From the NCBI GenBank assembly GCA_001778375.1, contig MFGV01000075.1, forward strand, positions 2,354 to 66,353: a DNA stretch of 64,000 nt. The letters are read 5' to 3'. The stretch is from Candidatus Firestonebacteria bacterium RIFOXYD2_FULL_39_29. Its GTDB lineage: Bacteria; Oederibacteriota; D2-FULL-39-29. Below the pieces are notes generated by a model. The model did not search any database. It saw only the letters and a program-made list of their open reading frames with translations, and had not been told where the DNA came from. Below are positions 55,326 through 64,000 of this stretch, piece after piece. Within the stretch, counting starts at the first letter, position 1, and the number at the start of each line of letters is the position of its first letter. The position numbers and the translations under genes are program-made.

Positions 55326-57317
55326 TTAGTCACTAGTACTTAATTCCGTTGTCGCTGCTTCTATCTGATTCATCACCTGTCTATCGGAGAAACCTTTCAG
55401 GTCTACTGCTTTACAATAGCAAGAGCCGACACAGGCACCGCAGCCTTTACATACGCTTTCCAGTACTTTAGCGACGTGGCGCATATCGCCTCTTTTAACT
55501 TCTTTATCTTCCATTTCAATCGCACTGTACGGGCAGACGTTGTAACAGGTTTCACAACCCGAACAGGTCAATTGATTTACATTTGCTATTAAAGGCTCGA
55601 CTTCTAACTTTTCTTTTGAAAAGAGAGCGCATACTTTTGCGGCAGTAGCCGAAGCCTGGGCAACCGTATCAGGTATATCTTTGGGTGAAATACAGCAGCC
55701 TGCTACAAAAACACCGGAAATTGCAGTTTCAACCGGCGCAAGTTTCGGATGAAGTTCGTTATAAAAACCGTACTGATCATAAGACATATGGAAAAGCTGG
55801 GCAAGCTCTTTTGCGTTGGCTTTCGGTTCAAGCCCGTTTGCAAGGACTACCATATCCGCTTCTACTTCTACCTGAGCACCGGATAAAGTATCTGCACCCT
55901 TTACTATTAATTTATCCCCGCGCTCATAGATCTTTGAGACTCTGCCTCTCAAATAGACAACACCATAATCATTTTGGGCACGCTGTACGAACTCTTCGTA
56001 GTTTTTACCCGCAGATCTTATATCAATATAGAATACGTAAGACTGTGTTTCAGGATAATGATCTTTAAGGAGCATCGCCTGTTTTGCAGTGTACATACAG
56101 CAAACTCTTGAACAATAAGGACGGTGTTTTGATTCATCCCGTGAACCCACGCACTGAATGAAAACAACATTTTTCACTTCTTTATGATCTGAAGGCCGCA
56201 CGACATGCCCGTCAGTAGGACCTGATGAATTGATCAGTCTTTCAAATTGCAGGCTGGAAATAACATCCTTTATCTCGCCATAGCCATATTCACCGTAGTT
56301 TGAGTGATCATAAATGTTGAATCCGGTAGCAACGACCACCGCTCCGAATTTTTCTTTTATTATTTCATCCTGCTGAGTATAGTCAATAGCTCCGGTAGGG
56401 CAGACTTTTTCGCAAATTTTGCATTTGCCTGTTTTGAAGAAAGTACAGGTTTCTCTGTCTATTACGGGAACATTGGGCACGGCTTGAGGAAAAGGCGTGT
56501 AAATTGCTTTTCTGGGCGCCAGATTTTCGTTAAACTCGGATAAAGCTTTTTTATTGGGACATTTGGTTACACACACACCGCAACCGATGCATTTCGAGTT
56601 AACAGATTTTGCTTTCTGTTTGATCTTAACTTCAAACTGTCCGACATACCCGCATACTTCCACGACTTCGGCGTAGGTCATAAGAGTAATATTTGGGTCC
56701 TGCGCTACTGCAACCATTTTTGGAGTTAGAATACAGGCAGAACAATCAAGCGTAGGAAAGGTCTTGTCAAGCTGGGACATGCGGCCGCCAATAGAAGGTT
56801 CTTTTTCGACTAGCACCACTTTATAACCAGCGCCTGCTATATCTATTGCCGCTTGAATACCGGCAATACCGCCGCCGATAACCAAAGCACGCTTTTCTAT
56901 TGAAGCATACATCTTGGAGAGCGCTTCACTGCGTCTTACTTTCGCAACCGCCATCTCCATCACTTTCATAGCTTTTTGCGTTGCTAATTCTTTGTCGTCA
57001 CCATGCACCCACGAAACATGTTCGCGGATATTTGCCATTTCCATTAAATAAGGATTTAACCCGGCCCGTTCCATTGTTTTTCTAAAAGTACCTTCGTGCA
57101 TTCTGGGAGAACATGCGGAAACAACAATCCTATCCAGATTATATTTTTTAATTGCCTCAATGACCGTATTTTGTCCCGGATCAGAACACATATATTTGTA
57201 ATCAACGGCAACACGGACACCGGGTAATGATTCGGCATATTTTGCAACACGGGTTACATCGACTACCCCCGCGATATTTGTGCCGCAATGGCAGACAAAA
57301 ACTCCGATCCTGGCCAT
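55326..57317 (-). CDS. hdrA: heterodisulfide reductase subunit A-like flavoprotein
   Basis: FAD motif ALVIGGGIAGIQAA, multiple 4Fe-4S motifs, N-terminal Cys-rich region, 663 aa. Confidence 0.8.
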   Translation of the reverse strand: MARIGVFVCHCGTNIAGVVDVTRVAKYAESLPGVRVAVDYKYMCSDPGQNTVIEAIKKYNLDRIVVSACSPRMHEGTFRKTMERAGLNPYLMEMANIREHVSWVHGDDKELATQKAMKVMEMAVAKVRRSEALSKMYASIEKRALVIGGGIAGIQAAIDIAGAGYKVVLVEKEPSIGGRMSQLDKTFPTLDCSACILTPKMVAVAQDPNITLMTYAEVVEVCGYVGQFEVKIKQKAKSVNSKCIGCGVCVTKCPNKKALSEFNENLAPRKAIYTPFPQAVPNVPVIDRETCTFFKTGKCKICEKVCPTGAIDYTQQDEIIKEKFGAVVVATGFNIYDHSNYGEYGYGEIKDVISSLQFERLINSSGPTDGHVVRPSDHKEVKNVVFIQCVGSRDESKHRPYCSRVCCMYTAKQAMLLKDHYPETQSYVFYIDIRSAGKNYEEFVQRAQNDYGVVYLRGRVSKIYERGDKLIVKGADTLSGAQVEVEADMVVLANGLEPKANAKELAQLFHMSYDQYGFYNELHPKLAPVETAISGVFVAGCCISPKDIPDTVAQASATAAKVCALFSKEKLEVEPLIANVNQLTCSGCETCYNVCPYSAIEMEDKEVKRGDMRHVAKVLESVCKGCGACVGSCYCKAVDLKGFSDRQVMNQIEAATTELSTSD

Positions 57318-58189
57318 TATAATATTCCTTTTGCTTTAAGCAGCGGTTTCGGGTCAATAAAATGTTTATTCATCATTAAGTCCATATAATCATAACCAAG
57401 CGCAAGTCCCATAACCTGGGTAAAATAAAGAACAGGTATATTAAGGTTTGTTTTTAACAACTTAGATATTTCCGGCTGTCTTGCATCAAGATTACTGTGG
57501 CAGAGCGGGCATGCGACCATTACCAGGTCAGCTCCGCAAGCTTTCGCTTCTTTTAAAATATCACCGGAAAGTTTCCTTACGATCTCTGTTTTTGTAAGAG
57601 AAAACGCTGCGCCGCAGCATTCGGTTTTATAATACCATTTTATAGATTCAGCTCCGAGAGCTTCTACAAGATTATCCATGATCATCGGATTTTCCACTCT
57701 ATCGTTCTCACAAACCTCAGCGGGCCTGGTCATCAAGCAGCCGTAATAGCAGGCAATCTTTAGACCTTTAAGCTGCTTTTTTATTTTTGCTTTAATATTT
57801 TCCAAACCATATTTTTCAAGCATTACGCGTGTAAGATGTAAGACCTCAGCTTTACCGTTGTAAGTTTCTCCTGTCACCTCTTCAACTTCTTTTTTAAGTT
57901 TTGCATCTTTCTCCATATTGAGATGAGCCATCTTTAAACGGGAAAAACAAGCAGAACAAGGAGAAGTAATAGGCATATTGTGTTTTTCTGCCCAGATAAG
58001 CGACTTTGCAGGTAAAGCTGCCGCTGTCAGTTCGGAAGTAATATGAGCAGTAGTGGCCCCGCAGCAGGTCCATTCAGGAATTTCAACCAGATTTATTTCC
58101 AGGTCTTCACAAACCAACCGCGTAGCAACATCATATTCTTTCGCAGTGGATGAAAGCGAACAACCCGGGAAGTAAGCAACTTTAAGCAT
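57317..58189 (-). CDS. hdrB: heterodisulfide reductase subunit B-like (CCG domains)
   Basis: Two CCG-type Cys-rich motifs (WTCCGATTAH, ECCGAAF). Confidence 0.75.
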   Translation of the reverse strand: MLKVAYFPGCSLSSTAKEYDVATRLVCEDLEINLVEIPEWTCCGATTAHITSELTAAALPAKSLIWAEKHNMPITSPCSACFSRLKMAHLNMEKDAKLKKEVEEVTGETYNGKAEVLHLTRVMLEKYGLENIKAKIKKQLKGLKIACYYGCLMTRPAEVCENDRVENPMIMDNLVEALGAESIKWYYKTECCGAAFSLTKTEIVRKLSGDILKEAKACGADLVMVACPLCHSNLDARQPEISKLLKTNLNIPVLYFTQVMGLALGYDYMDLMMNKHFIDPKPLLKAKGIL

Positions 58190-58814
58190 TCTTTTCGTAT
58201 ATCCTTTCCCTGTCTTTTTTCTTTATTCTCTTGAACATTCTGATGTTTTTTATCATTTCAAAGGGATTGTATATCAGATGAGGTATAAAACTAATTTTAC
58301 CCTTAAGGATCATCTTGACTCCCATCGGGAATACATCTTTAAAAGGATTTAATGAGAGCATATTATACGCCCCTATCATCCCTATTTCGTATATTTTTCC
58401 TGTTAATTCGATTGATTTAAGGAATATCCAGTCAAATATCGGTATTTCATTATCGGATAGTTTGTACTTTCCCGCCTGTGCCATTATTTTCAAAGTATCC
58501 ATAACCTTTGCTATATCAATCTCTCTGGGACAACGAGTAGTGCAGGTTTCACAGGAAACGCAAAACCAGGAGGTATTTGCAGACATTAAACGGTCATGCA
58601 TACCAAGCTGAATCATGCGCATAGCCATTGTGGGAGGGTATTCCATAGCATAAGCCACAGGACATCCCGCGGAACATTTTCCGCATTGATAACAGTTGGA
58701 TATCTTTTGCTGGCTAAGCCTTTCGACATCCTTCCGGAACCCTTCTTTTATGTTCTTTAACTGAAGCTCGTATTTCACAAATACCCCATTTCTAAAAAGA
58801 GTAAGTAAATACAA
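58182..58814 (-). CDS. hdrC: heterodisulfide reductase subunit C-like (2x 4Fe-4S)
   Basis: CYQCGKCSAGCP and CVSCETCTTRCP motifs. Confidence 0.75.
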   Translation of the reverse strand: MYLLTLFRNGVFVKYELQLKNIKEGFRKDVERLSQQKISNCYQCGKCSAGCPVAYAMEYPPTMAMRMIQLGMHDRLMSANTSWFCVSCETCTTRCPREIDIAKVMDTLKIMAQAGKYKLSDNEIPIFDWIFLKSIELTGKIYEIGMIGAYNMLSLNPFKDVFPMGVKMILKGKISFIPHLIYNPFEMIKNIRMFKRIKKKDRERIYEKNA

Positions 58815-58902
58815 AGAAATCTTGAGTATTTTAGCATAGCAATTGAAGAAAAGTCAATTGGAATAAAGCTAACGAAATACGGCAAGAATATCCAAATTTA
58901 GA

Positions 58903-59391
58903 CTATTTTTTAGACTTTCTCGAGGTTTTTACCGGTTTATTTACTTTTTTCTTTGTCCGCTTTACAGGTTTTTGTTCTTTGGTGTCATACATAAAGTACC
59001 CGAAAATTATTACGACAAAGAGAATAAGTAGCAAGGGCCAGTAGTCAAGGGAGTTTTTTGTTTCTACTTTGACTTTTTCAGCTATTTTATTGGAAATATC
59101 TATAACTTTTGCGGGAGCAGCTTTAAGTGTTTCCATTGCGGTTTTTGGTGCAGGCACGGGCAAAGGTTTTGCCGGTTCAGGAGTAATAATAACCGGTGGT
59201 TTTTCCGGGGCTGGTTTTACTTCCGGGGTTAAAATGATATTTTCAGGAGTGATTTGCACTGACTGTACAATATTAATATTTTTGGAAGTATCCACTACGT
59301 CAGAATTATCTTTAAGCTGGATAGTACGGCAAGAAAATGTGAAGAAAACGAGTGTAGACAAAATTATTGTGGAAAAATATTTATTTTTCAT
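58903..59391 (-). CDS. secreted Pro-rich protein with C-terminal TM anchor and basic tail, hypothetical
   Basis: Signal peptide, PEKPPVIITPEPAKPLPVPAP low-complexity region, C-terminal TM helix followed by a KR-rich tail. Confidence 0.4.
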   Translation of the reverse strand: MKNKYFSTIILSTLVFFTFSCRTIQLKDNSDVVDTSKNINIVQSVQITPENIILTPEVKPAPEKPPVIITPEPAKPLPVPAPKTAMETLKAAPAKVIDISNKIAEKVKVETKNSLDYWPLLLILFVVIIFGYFMYDTKEQKPVKRTKKKVNKPVKTSRKSKK

Positions 59392-59514
59392 TTATTTTGC
59401 CTTAAATACGGAACTGTTTTAAAAACACAAAATTACAAAAAAAGACGCTGGATCCCCGATAAAAGCACTCGGGGATGACATTAATTCTTTTATATTACGA
59501 TTGGAGAATTAATG

Positions 59515-60807
59515 TCACTTTTTTTCCCATTTTAATAAATCCATTACGGAAGACAGGGTGCTGCCTTCAAGGATCTCTTTTGTTAGGCGGTTTTCTTTTT
59601 CTAGAACGTCCATTGCTCTATTTGCGTATTCAACGGCTTTTTCTTTTGGGATAACTATTACTCCATCGTCATCACCGACAATCCAGTCTCCGGGGAATAT
59701 TTTTACTCCGGATATTGTTATCGGGATATTAATTTCGCCAAAACCTTTAGGCTCTCCGGCATTTGACATGATTAGTTTAGAAAAAGCCGGGAACTTAAAG
59801 TTTTTAATCTCTTCAGTATCTCTGATAGCGCCATTGATGACCACGCCGCCGATCTTCTTTCTTACACAGCTGGTCGTTGCAAGTCCTCCCCAAACTGCGG
59901 GACCGACTCCTGCAACATCAACAACTATCACTTCACCGGGTTTTGCTATATCAATTGCTTCTACGGGTTTTGCCCAGTCACCGGGATAAGTTTTTACAGT
60001 AACAGCCTGGCCGACCATCTTTAGACCGTTTAAAACAGGCTTTATATCCGGGAGCGACGGAGTTCTATGAAGAGCATCAGAGATGTTAGCGGTTGAAACC
60101 TGCTTTAATATCTTCAAGATATCAGCCTCTCCGCCTCTTTTAAACAAAGTCGTTTCAATTTTCTTTAACGATGACATTGCTTTTTTTATATCCGCCGCAG
60201 CTTTCTTTGCATCTTTTGCTTTTGTAATTGAGCCGCCGACTATCACTATACTCGCGCCCGCCTTAACAGCATCAACAACATTTTCAGAATTTATCCCGCC
60301 AGCCACCGCTACAGGTATTTTCACTGCAGCTGTTACTTGTTTTAATATTTCAAAGGGAGACTTACCCCGCATTTGGTCATCTATGGAAGTATGAATGGCT
60401 ATATAATTTGCACCAAGTTTTTCAACCTCTATAGCCCTTTTCACAACATCTTTTACAGCTATCATATCAACGACAACTTCACACCCATAATTTTTTGCCG
60501 CTTCAACACACTCTGAAATAGTAGAATCAGCAGCAGCACCCAGTACATCAACGACTTTCGCTCCCGCCTTAGCCGCTATCTCAACTTCTGCCCGCCCTGC
60601 ATCCATTGTTTTCATATCCGCAACTATAACTTTATTGGGAAACTTTGCTTTAAGTTCGCGAATGGCATTTAAACCTTCTGCCTTAATAAGCGGTGTTCCC
60701 GCTTCCAGCCAGTCAGCTCCGCCGGCAACCGCCTCTTTAGCCGCTAAAAGTGCGCGGTGCATATCAACAAAGTCTAAAGCGACTTGTAAAATAGGTTTCT
60801 TCTGCAT
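59515..60807 (-). CDS. 3-hexulose-6-phosphate synthase (OMP-decarboxylase fold) fused to RraA/DlpA-like domain
   Basis: N-terminal half PILQVALDF...GADWLEAGTPLIK...VADMKTMDAG (HPS/KGPDC family). C-terminal half has RraA-family blocks (GDWIVGDDDGVIVIP). Confidence 0.65.
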   Translation of the reverse strand: MQKKPILQVALDFVDMHRALLAAKEAVAGGADWLEAGTPLIKAEGLNAIRELKAKFPNKVIVADMKTMDAGRAEVEIAAKAGAKVVDVLGAAADSTISECVEAAKNYGCEVVVDMIAVKDVVKRAIEVEKLGANYIAIHTSIDDQMRGKSPFEILKQVTAAVKIPVAVAGGINSENVVDAVKAGASIVIVGGSITKAKDAKKAAADIKKAMSSLKKIETTLFKRGGEADILKILKQVSTANISDALHRTPSLPDIKPVLNGLKMVGQAVTVKTYPGDWAKPVEAIDIAKPGEVIVVDVAGVGPAVWGGLATTSCVRKKIGGVVINGAIRDTEEIKNFKFPAFSKLIMSNAGEPKGFGEINIPITISGVKIFPGDWIVGDDDGVIVIPKEKAVEYANRAMDVLEKENRLTKEILEGSTLSSVMDLLKWEKK

Positions 60808-61015
60808 ACATATTCCTTTTTATTGAGATAGGTTATTTTAGCATGGAAGTAGAACAAAGTCTATAAAAGTCTGTAATAGTCCATAAAGGTCTTTAAAAGT
60901 CTAAAATCTTGATAGTTATTATATTAAAAACAAATATTCTTGATTTTTATCTTGATTAGGCTATATATAAAGACTCATCTGAATACAACTTTACAAACCT
61001 TATAAACTTTATGAA

Positions 61016-61294
61016 CTATATTTCATACTTTTCCTTGATCTTCCACACTTCTTCGCCGATTATATGGCCTACGTTGGATATTCCTAAGGAGTCTTTAAAA
61101 TCACGGCTGATTTCTCTGATAACTTCTTCTTTAAGTTTGAATTTGGTAATGGTAACCAAAATCCTGCAGGCTTCCGGGTCATATTCATCTTCAGGACAGC
61201 CGCTCATAAGTCCGGCCGGATCTGTTTTAATCAATAAAGCAGTAATTTCTTCGAGGCACTTTATAAATTTATTTTTATCCTGATCACTGACCAC
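61016..61294 (-). CDS. hypothetical small protein (GTG start)
   Basis: Track ORF, 92 aa, RBS AAGG upstream. Its promoter region carries CACGTTA tandem repeats. Confidence 0.4.
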   Translation of the reverse strand: MVSDQDKNKFIKCLEEITALLIKTDPAGLMSGCPEDEYDPEACRILVTITKFKLKEEVIREISRDFKDSLGISNVGHIIGEEVWKIKEKYEI

Positions 61295-61365
61295 CTGAAC
61301 CGTACCTTAAGAAGTTACGTTAAAACGTTTCACGTTATCACGTTACTAACGTATTTGCTTTATCT

Positions 61366-61625
61366 TTACTTTCCGCCACAAAGCGTTGGCGGACTGCTCG
61401 CCTAGATACCAGCGACCAGGCTTTTTTTTGCTTCCTGTATTTGCCGTATTTGCTGTTTGTGCTTCTCTTGCTTCCCCTGCTTTACTTTCCGCCATAAAGC
61501 GTTGGCGGACCCGCCCTTAGCGAGGTCTCACCACTAAAGAGTGGTGGACTGCTCACCCAGATACCGGCGACCAGGCTTTTTTTACTTCCTGTACTTGCTT
61601 TATTTGCTGTCTTTGCTTCCCTTGC
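61366..61625 (+). repeat. tandem direct repeat (2 units, ~105 and ~155 bp), each with a TCCGCCA-N8-TGGCGGA hairpin and T-run; unit 2 has an extra CACCACTAAAGAGTGGTG hairpin
   Basis: Units start CTTTACTTTCCGCCA(C/T)AAAGCGTTGGCGGAC and end GCGACCAGGCTTTTTTT, each followed by a pyrimidine-rich tail (GCTTCCTGTATTTGC...). Confidence 0.6.
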
Positions 61626-61631
61626 TTCTTT

Positions 61632-62051
61632 TCACTTGCCCATGATTTGAAGGATCACTTCCCTGTCGCGAGGGCGGTTGTCAAAATCCAGAAAGATTAT
61701 ATGTTGAAATATACCGAGAAGAAGTTTTTTATCGGTATAAGGCACTACAAGTGAAGGTCCAAGGAGAGTGGCTCTGATATGAGAATGCCCATTTTTATCT
61801 GAATGTGTTACATTATGTTTGTATTTATCATTTTCCGGAATTATCTTTTCCATAAACTCTTTGAGGTCAGTCACAAGTCCGGGTTCGTACTCTATTGTTG
61901 TAAGCGCACCGGTAGCCCCGGGAACAAAGATCGTTACCGTTCCGGTATTCATTGCGCAGTCCTGCACCGCCCTGTCAATAAGATTTGTAATATCTTTTAC
62001 ATCTAAATTACCTGTAGTCTTGAACTTCAACTTTTCGGTGCATACCTGCAT
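61632..62051 (-). CDS. YjbQ/UPF0047 family protein
   Basis: GTVTIFVPGATGALTTIEYEPG and HSHIRATLLGPS blocks. Start trimmed to MQVCTEK with RBS AAAGGA. Confidence 0.65.
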   Translation of the reverse strand: MQVCTEKLKFKTTGNLDVKDITNLIDRAVQDCAMNTGTVTIFVPGATGALTTIEYEPGLVTDLKEFMEKIIPENDKYKHNVTHSDKNGHSHIRATLLGPSLVVPYTDKKLLLGIFQHIIFLDFDNRPRDREVILQIMGK

Positions 62052-62079
62052 GTTGTTCCTTTCAGATCTCAATTTGTCA

Positions 62080-62619
62080 TTACTTTTTCCCGATCTCATA
62101 ACCTTTCTCGATAGCTTTTTTATTTATTGCAACAAGTTCTTTGTATTTTTCAGAGGCATAACTTTCCATAGCCTCAATAATTGATGCAATCTTAACAACT
62201 TTAGTTTTTCCTGCGTAAACGCCAAGCGCCAGCATATTAGTTATTCTTGCATTTCCAAGTTCTCTTGCAAGATCAGTAATAGGAACTTGATATAATTCAG
62301 CATCTTTACGTTTTACTTCTCTTTTAATAAGAGAAGAGTTTAAAATAATCAACCCCTTATCGGCAAGGGAATTCTCATAATTATCAAAGCCTATATTATC
62401 CAGCGCAATTATAACCTCCGGCCTTCCGATCACAGGTGAAGCAATAGGTGCATCAGAAATTACCACAGCACAATAAGAAAGCCCGCCCCGCTTTTCCGCG
62501 CCATAAGAAGGAAGCCAGGTAACATATTTATTTTCTAAAAGCCCTGCTTTGCAAAGCACTGTACCCGCAAGCAGTACACCTTGTCCCCCGCTGCCGCAGA
62601 TGATTACGTTGTTCTCCAT
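62080..62619 (-). CDS. 2-oxoacid:ferredoxin oxidoreductase gamma subunit
   Basis: VIICGSGGQGVLLAG motif, 179 aa. Confidence 0.75.
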   Translation of the reverse strand: MENNVIICGSGGQGVLLAGTVLCKAGLLENKYVTWLPSYGAEKRGGLSYCAVVISDAPIASPVIGRPEVIIALDNIGFDNYENSLADKGLIILNSSLIKREVKRKDAELYQVPITDLARELGNARITNMLALGVYAGKTKVVKIASIIEAMESYASEKYKELVAINKKAIEKGYEIGKK

Positions 62620-62706
62620 TTCATTTTCCTACCTTTTTCTTTTCTTCCATCTATTCAGCCTTTTTCCTGTTTTTCTTACAATTTTCAGCAGGTGATATCG
62701 CTGATT

Positions 62707-63531
62707 TTAAAAGCTGATGGCGCTGATAAATTCATTTTCAATATTACGTTCTTTTCTTCTCTTACTTTGTCGACTGTACTTGCTTTCTTTGCTTCCATTG
62801 CTGTCTTTAATCACTCCCAGTTTATAATAATCCATCATTTTTTCTTTAACGAACTTTAAGGCATCTAAAGGTTTAAGTCCCCAGTTGATAGGACAGGGGG
62901 AAAGAACTTCAACAAAGGAAAACCCGACTTTGTCTATCTGATTTTGAAAAGCTTTCTTAATGGCTTTTTTTGCTTTAATAACATTAGCAGGATCTATAAC
63001 GGTAACACGTTCTATGTAAACCGCACCTTCAATTGAAGATAAAAGTTCGGAAACCCGGAGAGGATATCCGGCAACTTTGACATCCCTGCCACTCTGAGTT
63101 GTAGTCGTTTTCATACCTGCTAATGTTGTCGGCGCCATTTGACCGCCGGTCATTCCATAATTAGCATTATTAATAAAGATGACTGTTATATTTTCGCCTC
63201 TATTAGCGGCATGTATGATTTCATTGGTACCTATTGAAGCAAGATCACCGTCGCCCTGATAAGTAAAAACTATCCTGTCAGGCAAACAGCGTTTAATAGC
63301 GGTAGCTACCGCCGGCGGTCTGCCATGAGGCGCTTCAGTTACATCAAAATTAAAATAATCGTAAGCAAATACGGCGCAGCCCACCGGGGCTATCCCGATA
63401 GTTTTTTCCCGGACATCAAGTTCGTCTATTACTTCCGCAACTATACGGTGCACGAGTCCGTGCCCGCATCCGGGGCAATAGGAATTTGCCGCTTCTTTCA
63501 GACTTTCAGGTCTTTTGTAGACTACTTTCAT
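62707..63531 (-). CDS. 2-oxoacid:ferredoxin oxidoreductase beta subunit (TPP-binding)
   Basis: CPGCGHG near the N-terminus, GDG TPP-binding motif. Confidence 0.8.
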   Translation of the reverse strand: MKVVYKRPESLKEAANSYCPGCGHGLVHRIVAEVIDELDVREKTIGIAPVGCAVFAYDYFNFDVTEAPHGRPPAVATAIKRCLPDRIVFTYQGDGDLASIGTNEIIHAANRGENITVIFINNANYGMTGGQMAPTTLAGMKTTTTQSGRDVKVAGYPLRVSELLSSIEGAVYIERVTVIDPANVIKAKKAIKKAFQNQIDKVGFSFVEVLSPCPINWGLKPLDALKFVKEKMMDYYKLGVIKDSNGSKESKYSRQSKRRKERNIENEFISAISF

Positions 63532-64000
63532 TTTGCGAGTTCCTTTATTTTTTCAAATACTTCTTCTTTTGTTGCAACTGCCCCGCCCGGCCTGCCGTGG
63601 AAAGATATTTTTTTATTATCTTCCACTGCCAGACGGATATCCTCGACCATCTGGCCGAGATTTAATTCCACAACAAGAACTTTCTTTGCCTTCTTCCCAA
63701 GCTCTGATACAATATCTGAAGCAAAGGGCCATACTGTAACCGGCCTGAATAAACCTGCTTTAATATCCGCTTTTCTTGCCATATCAACAGCGCCTTTACA
63801 GATTCTGCCCATAATGCCGTATGCGCAAATCAGTATTTCGGCATCTTCCGTATGGTATGTTTCATGGCGTACTTCGACTTCCATCTTTTTAAATTTTTCG
63901 GAAAGTTTCCAATTATGTTTTTCCAATATAGTAGGATTTTGCATCATTAACGAAAATATGGACCTCGGGGCCCTTCCTTTTGCTCCGTCAAGGATCCAGT
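63528..64000 (-). CDS. 2-oxoacid:ferredoxin oxidoreductase alpha subunit, C-terminal part (N-terminus beyond window end)
   Basis: Reading frame open to the window edge; overlaps the beta-subunit start by 4 nt; sequence is KorA/PorA-like. Confidence 0.6.
   Translation of the reverse strand, partial: WILDGAKGRAPRSIFSLMMQNPTILEKHNWKLSEKFKKMEVEVRHETYHTEDAEILICAYGIMGRICKGAVDMARKADIKAGLFRPVTVWPFASDIVSELGKKAKKVLVVELNLGQMVEDIRLAVEDNKKISFHGRPGGAVATKEEVFEKIKELAK

Noticed and set aside
61366-61625. Tandem repeat as a CRISPR array
   Set aside because: Only two units of ~105-155 bp, with no short spacer/repeat periodicity. The units are imperfect and include an insertion.

Overview
This is a low-GC bacterial chromosomal segment, almost all coding, with most genes on the minus strand. 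The housekeeping backbone includes rho, rpmE, prfA, prmC, murA, spoVG, ispE, hup, cinA and thpR, a run of five intact tRNA genes, and an hdrCBA-flxDCBA-fhs cluster with 2-oxoacid:ferredoxin oxidoreductase genes at the right edge. The first ~10.6 kb looks like an accessory island that abuts the tRNA cluster; its boundaries are not defined here. It carries an overlapping two-gene operon for a PLD-nuclease/SNF2-helicase fusion and a gamma-class N6-adenine DNA methyltransferase, which looks like a DISARM-like or unusual restriction-modification system and is truncated by the window start. Next to it are two families of structured intergenic repeats: a GC-rich imperfect palindrome carried on a ~230 bp promoter module, and a ~95 bp element with inverted termini. 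These repeats are interleaved with small ORFs and followed by RhuM, a frameshifted AlbA_2/HATPase_c_4 ATPase gene and RadC. Other features of note are a MrfA-like DEAD/DUF1998 helicase fused to a DnaQ-like exonuclease, six tandem genes for secreted envelope proteins with CsgG-like, TPR, BNR and propeller domains, several unusual domain fusions, degenerate tRNA-Lys paralogs whose D-arm is replaced by a palindrome, and several short sequence motifs that recur in promoter, 5'UTR and 3'-end positions. No CRISPR array, rRNA or recognisable transposase/integrase gene was seen. Coordinates not taken from the ORF track were counted by hand and may be off by 1-2 nt.
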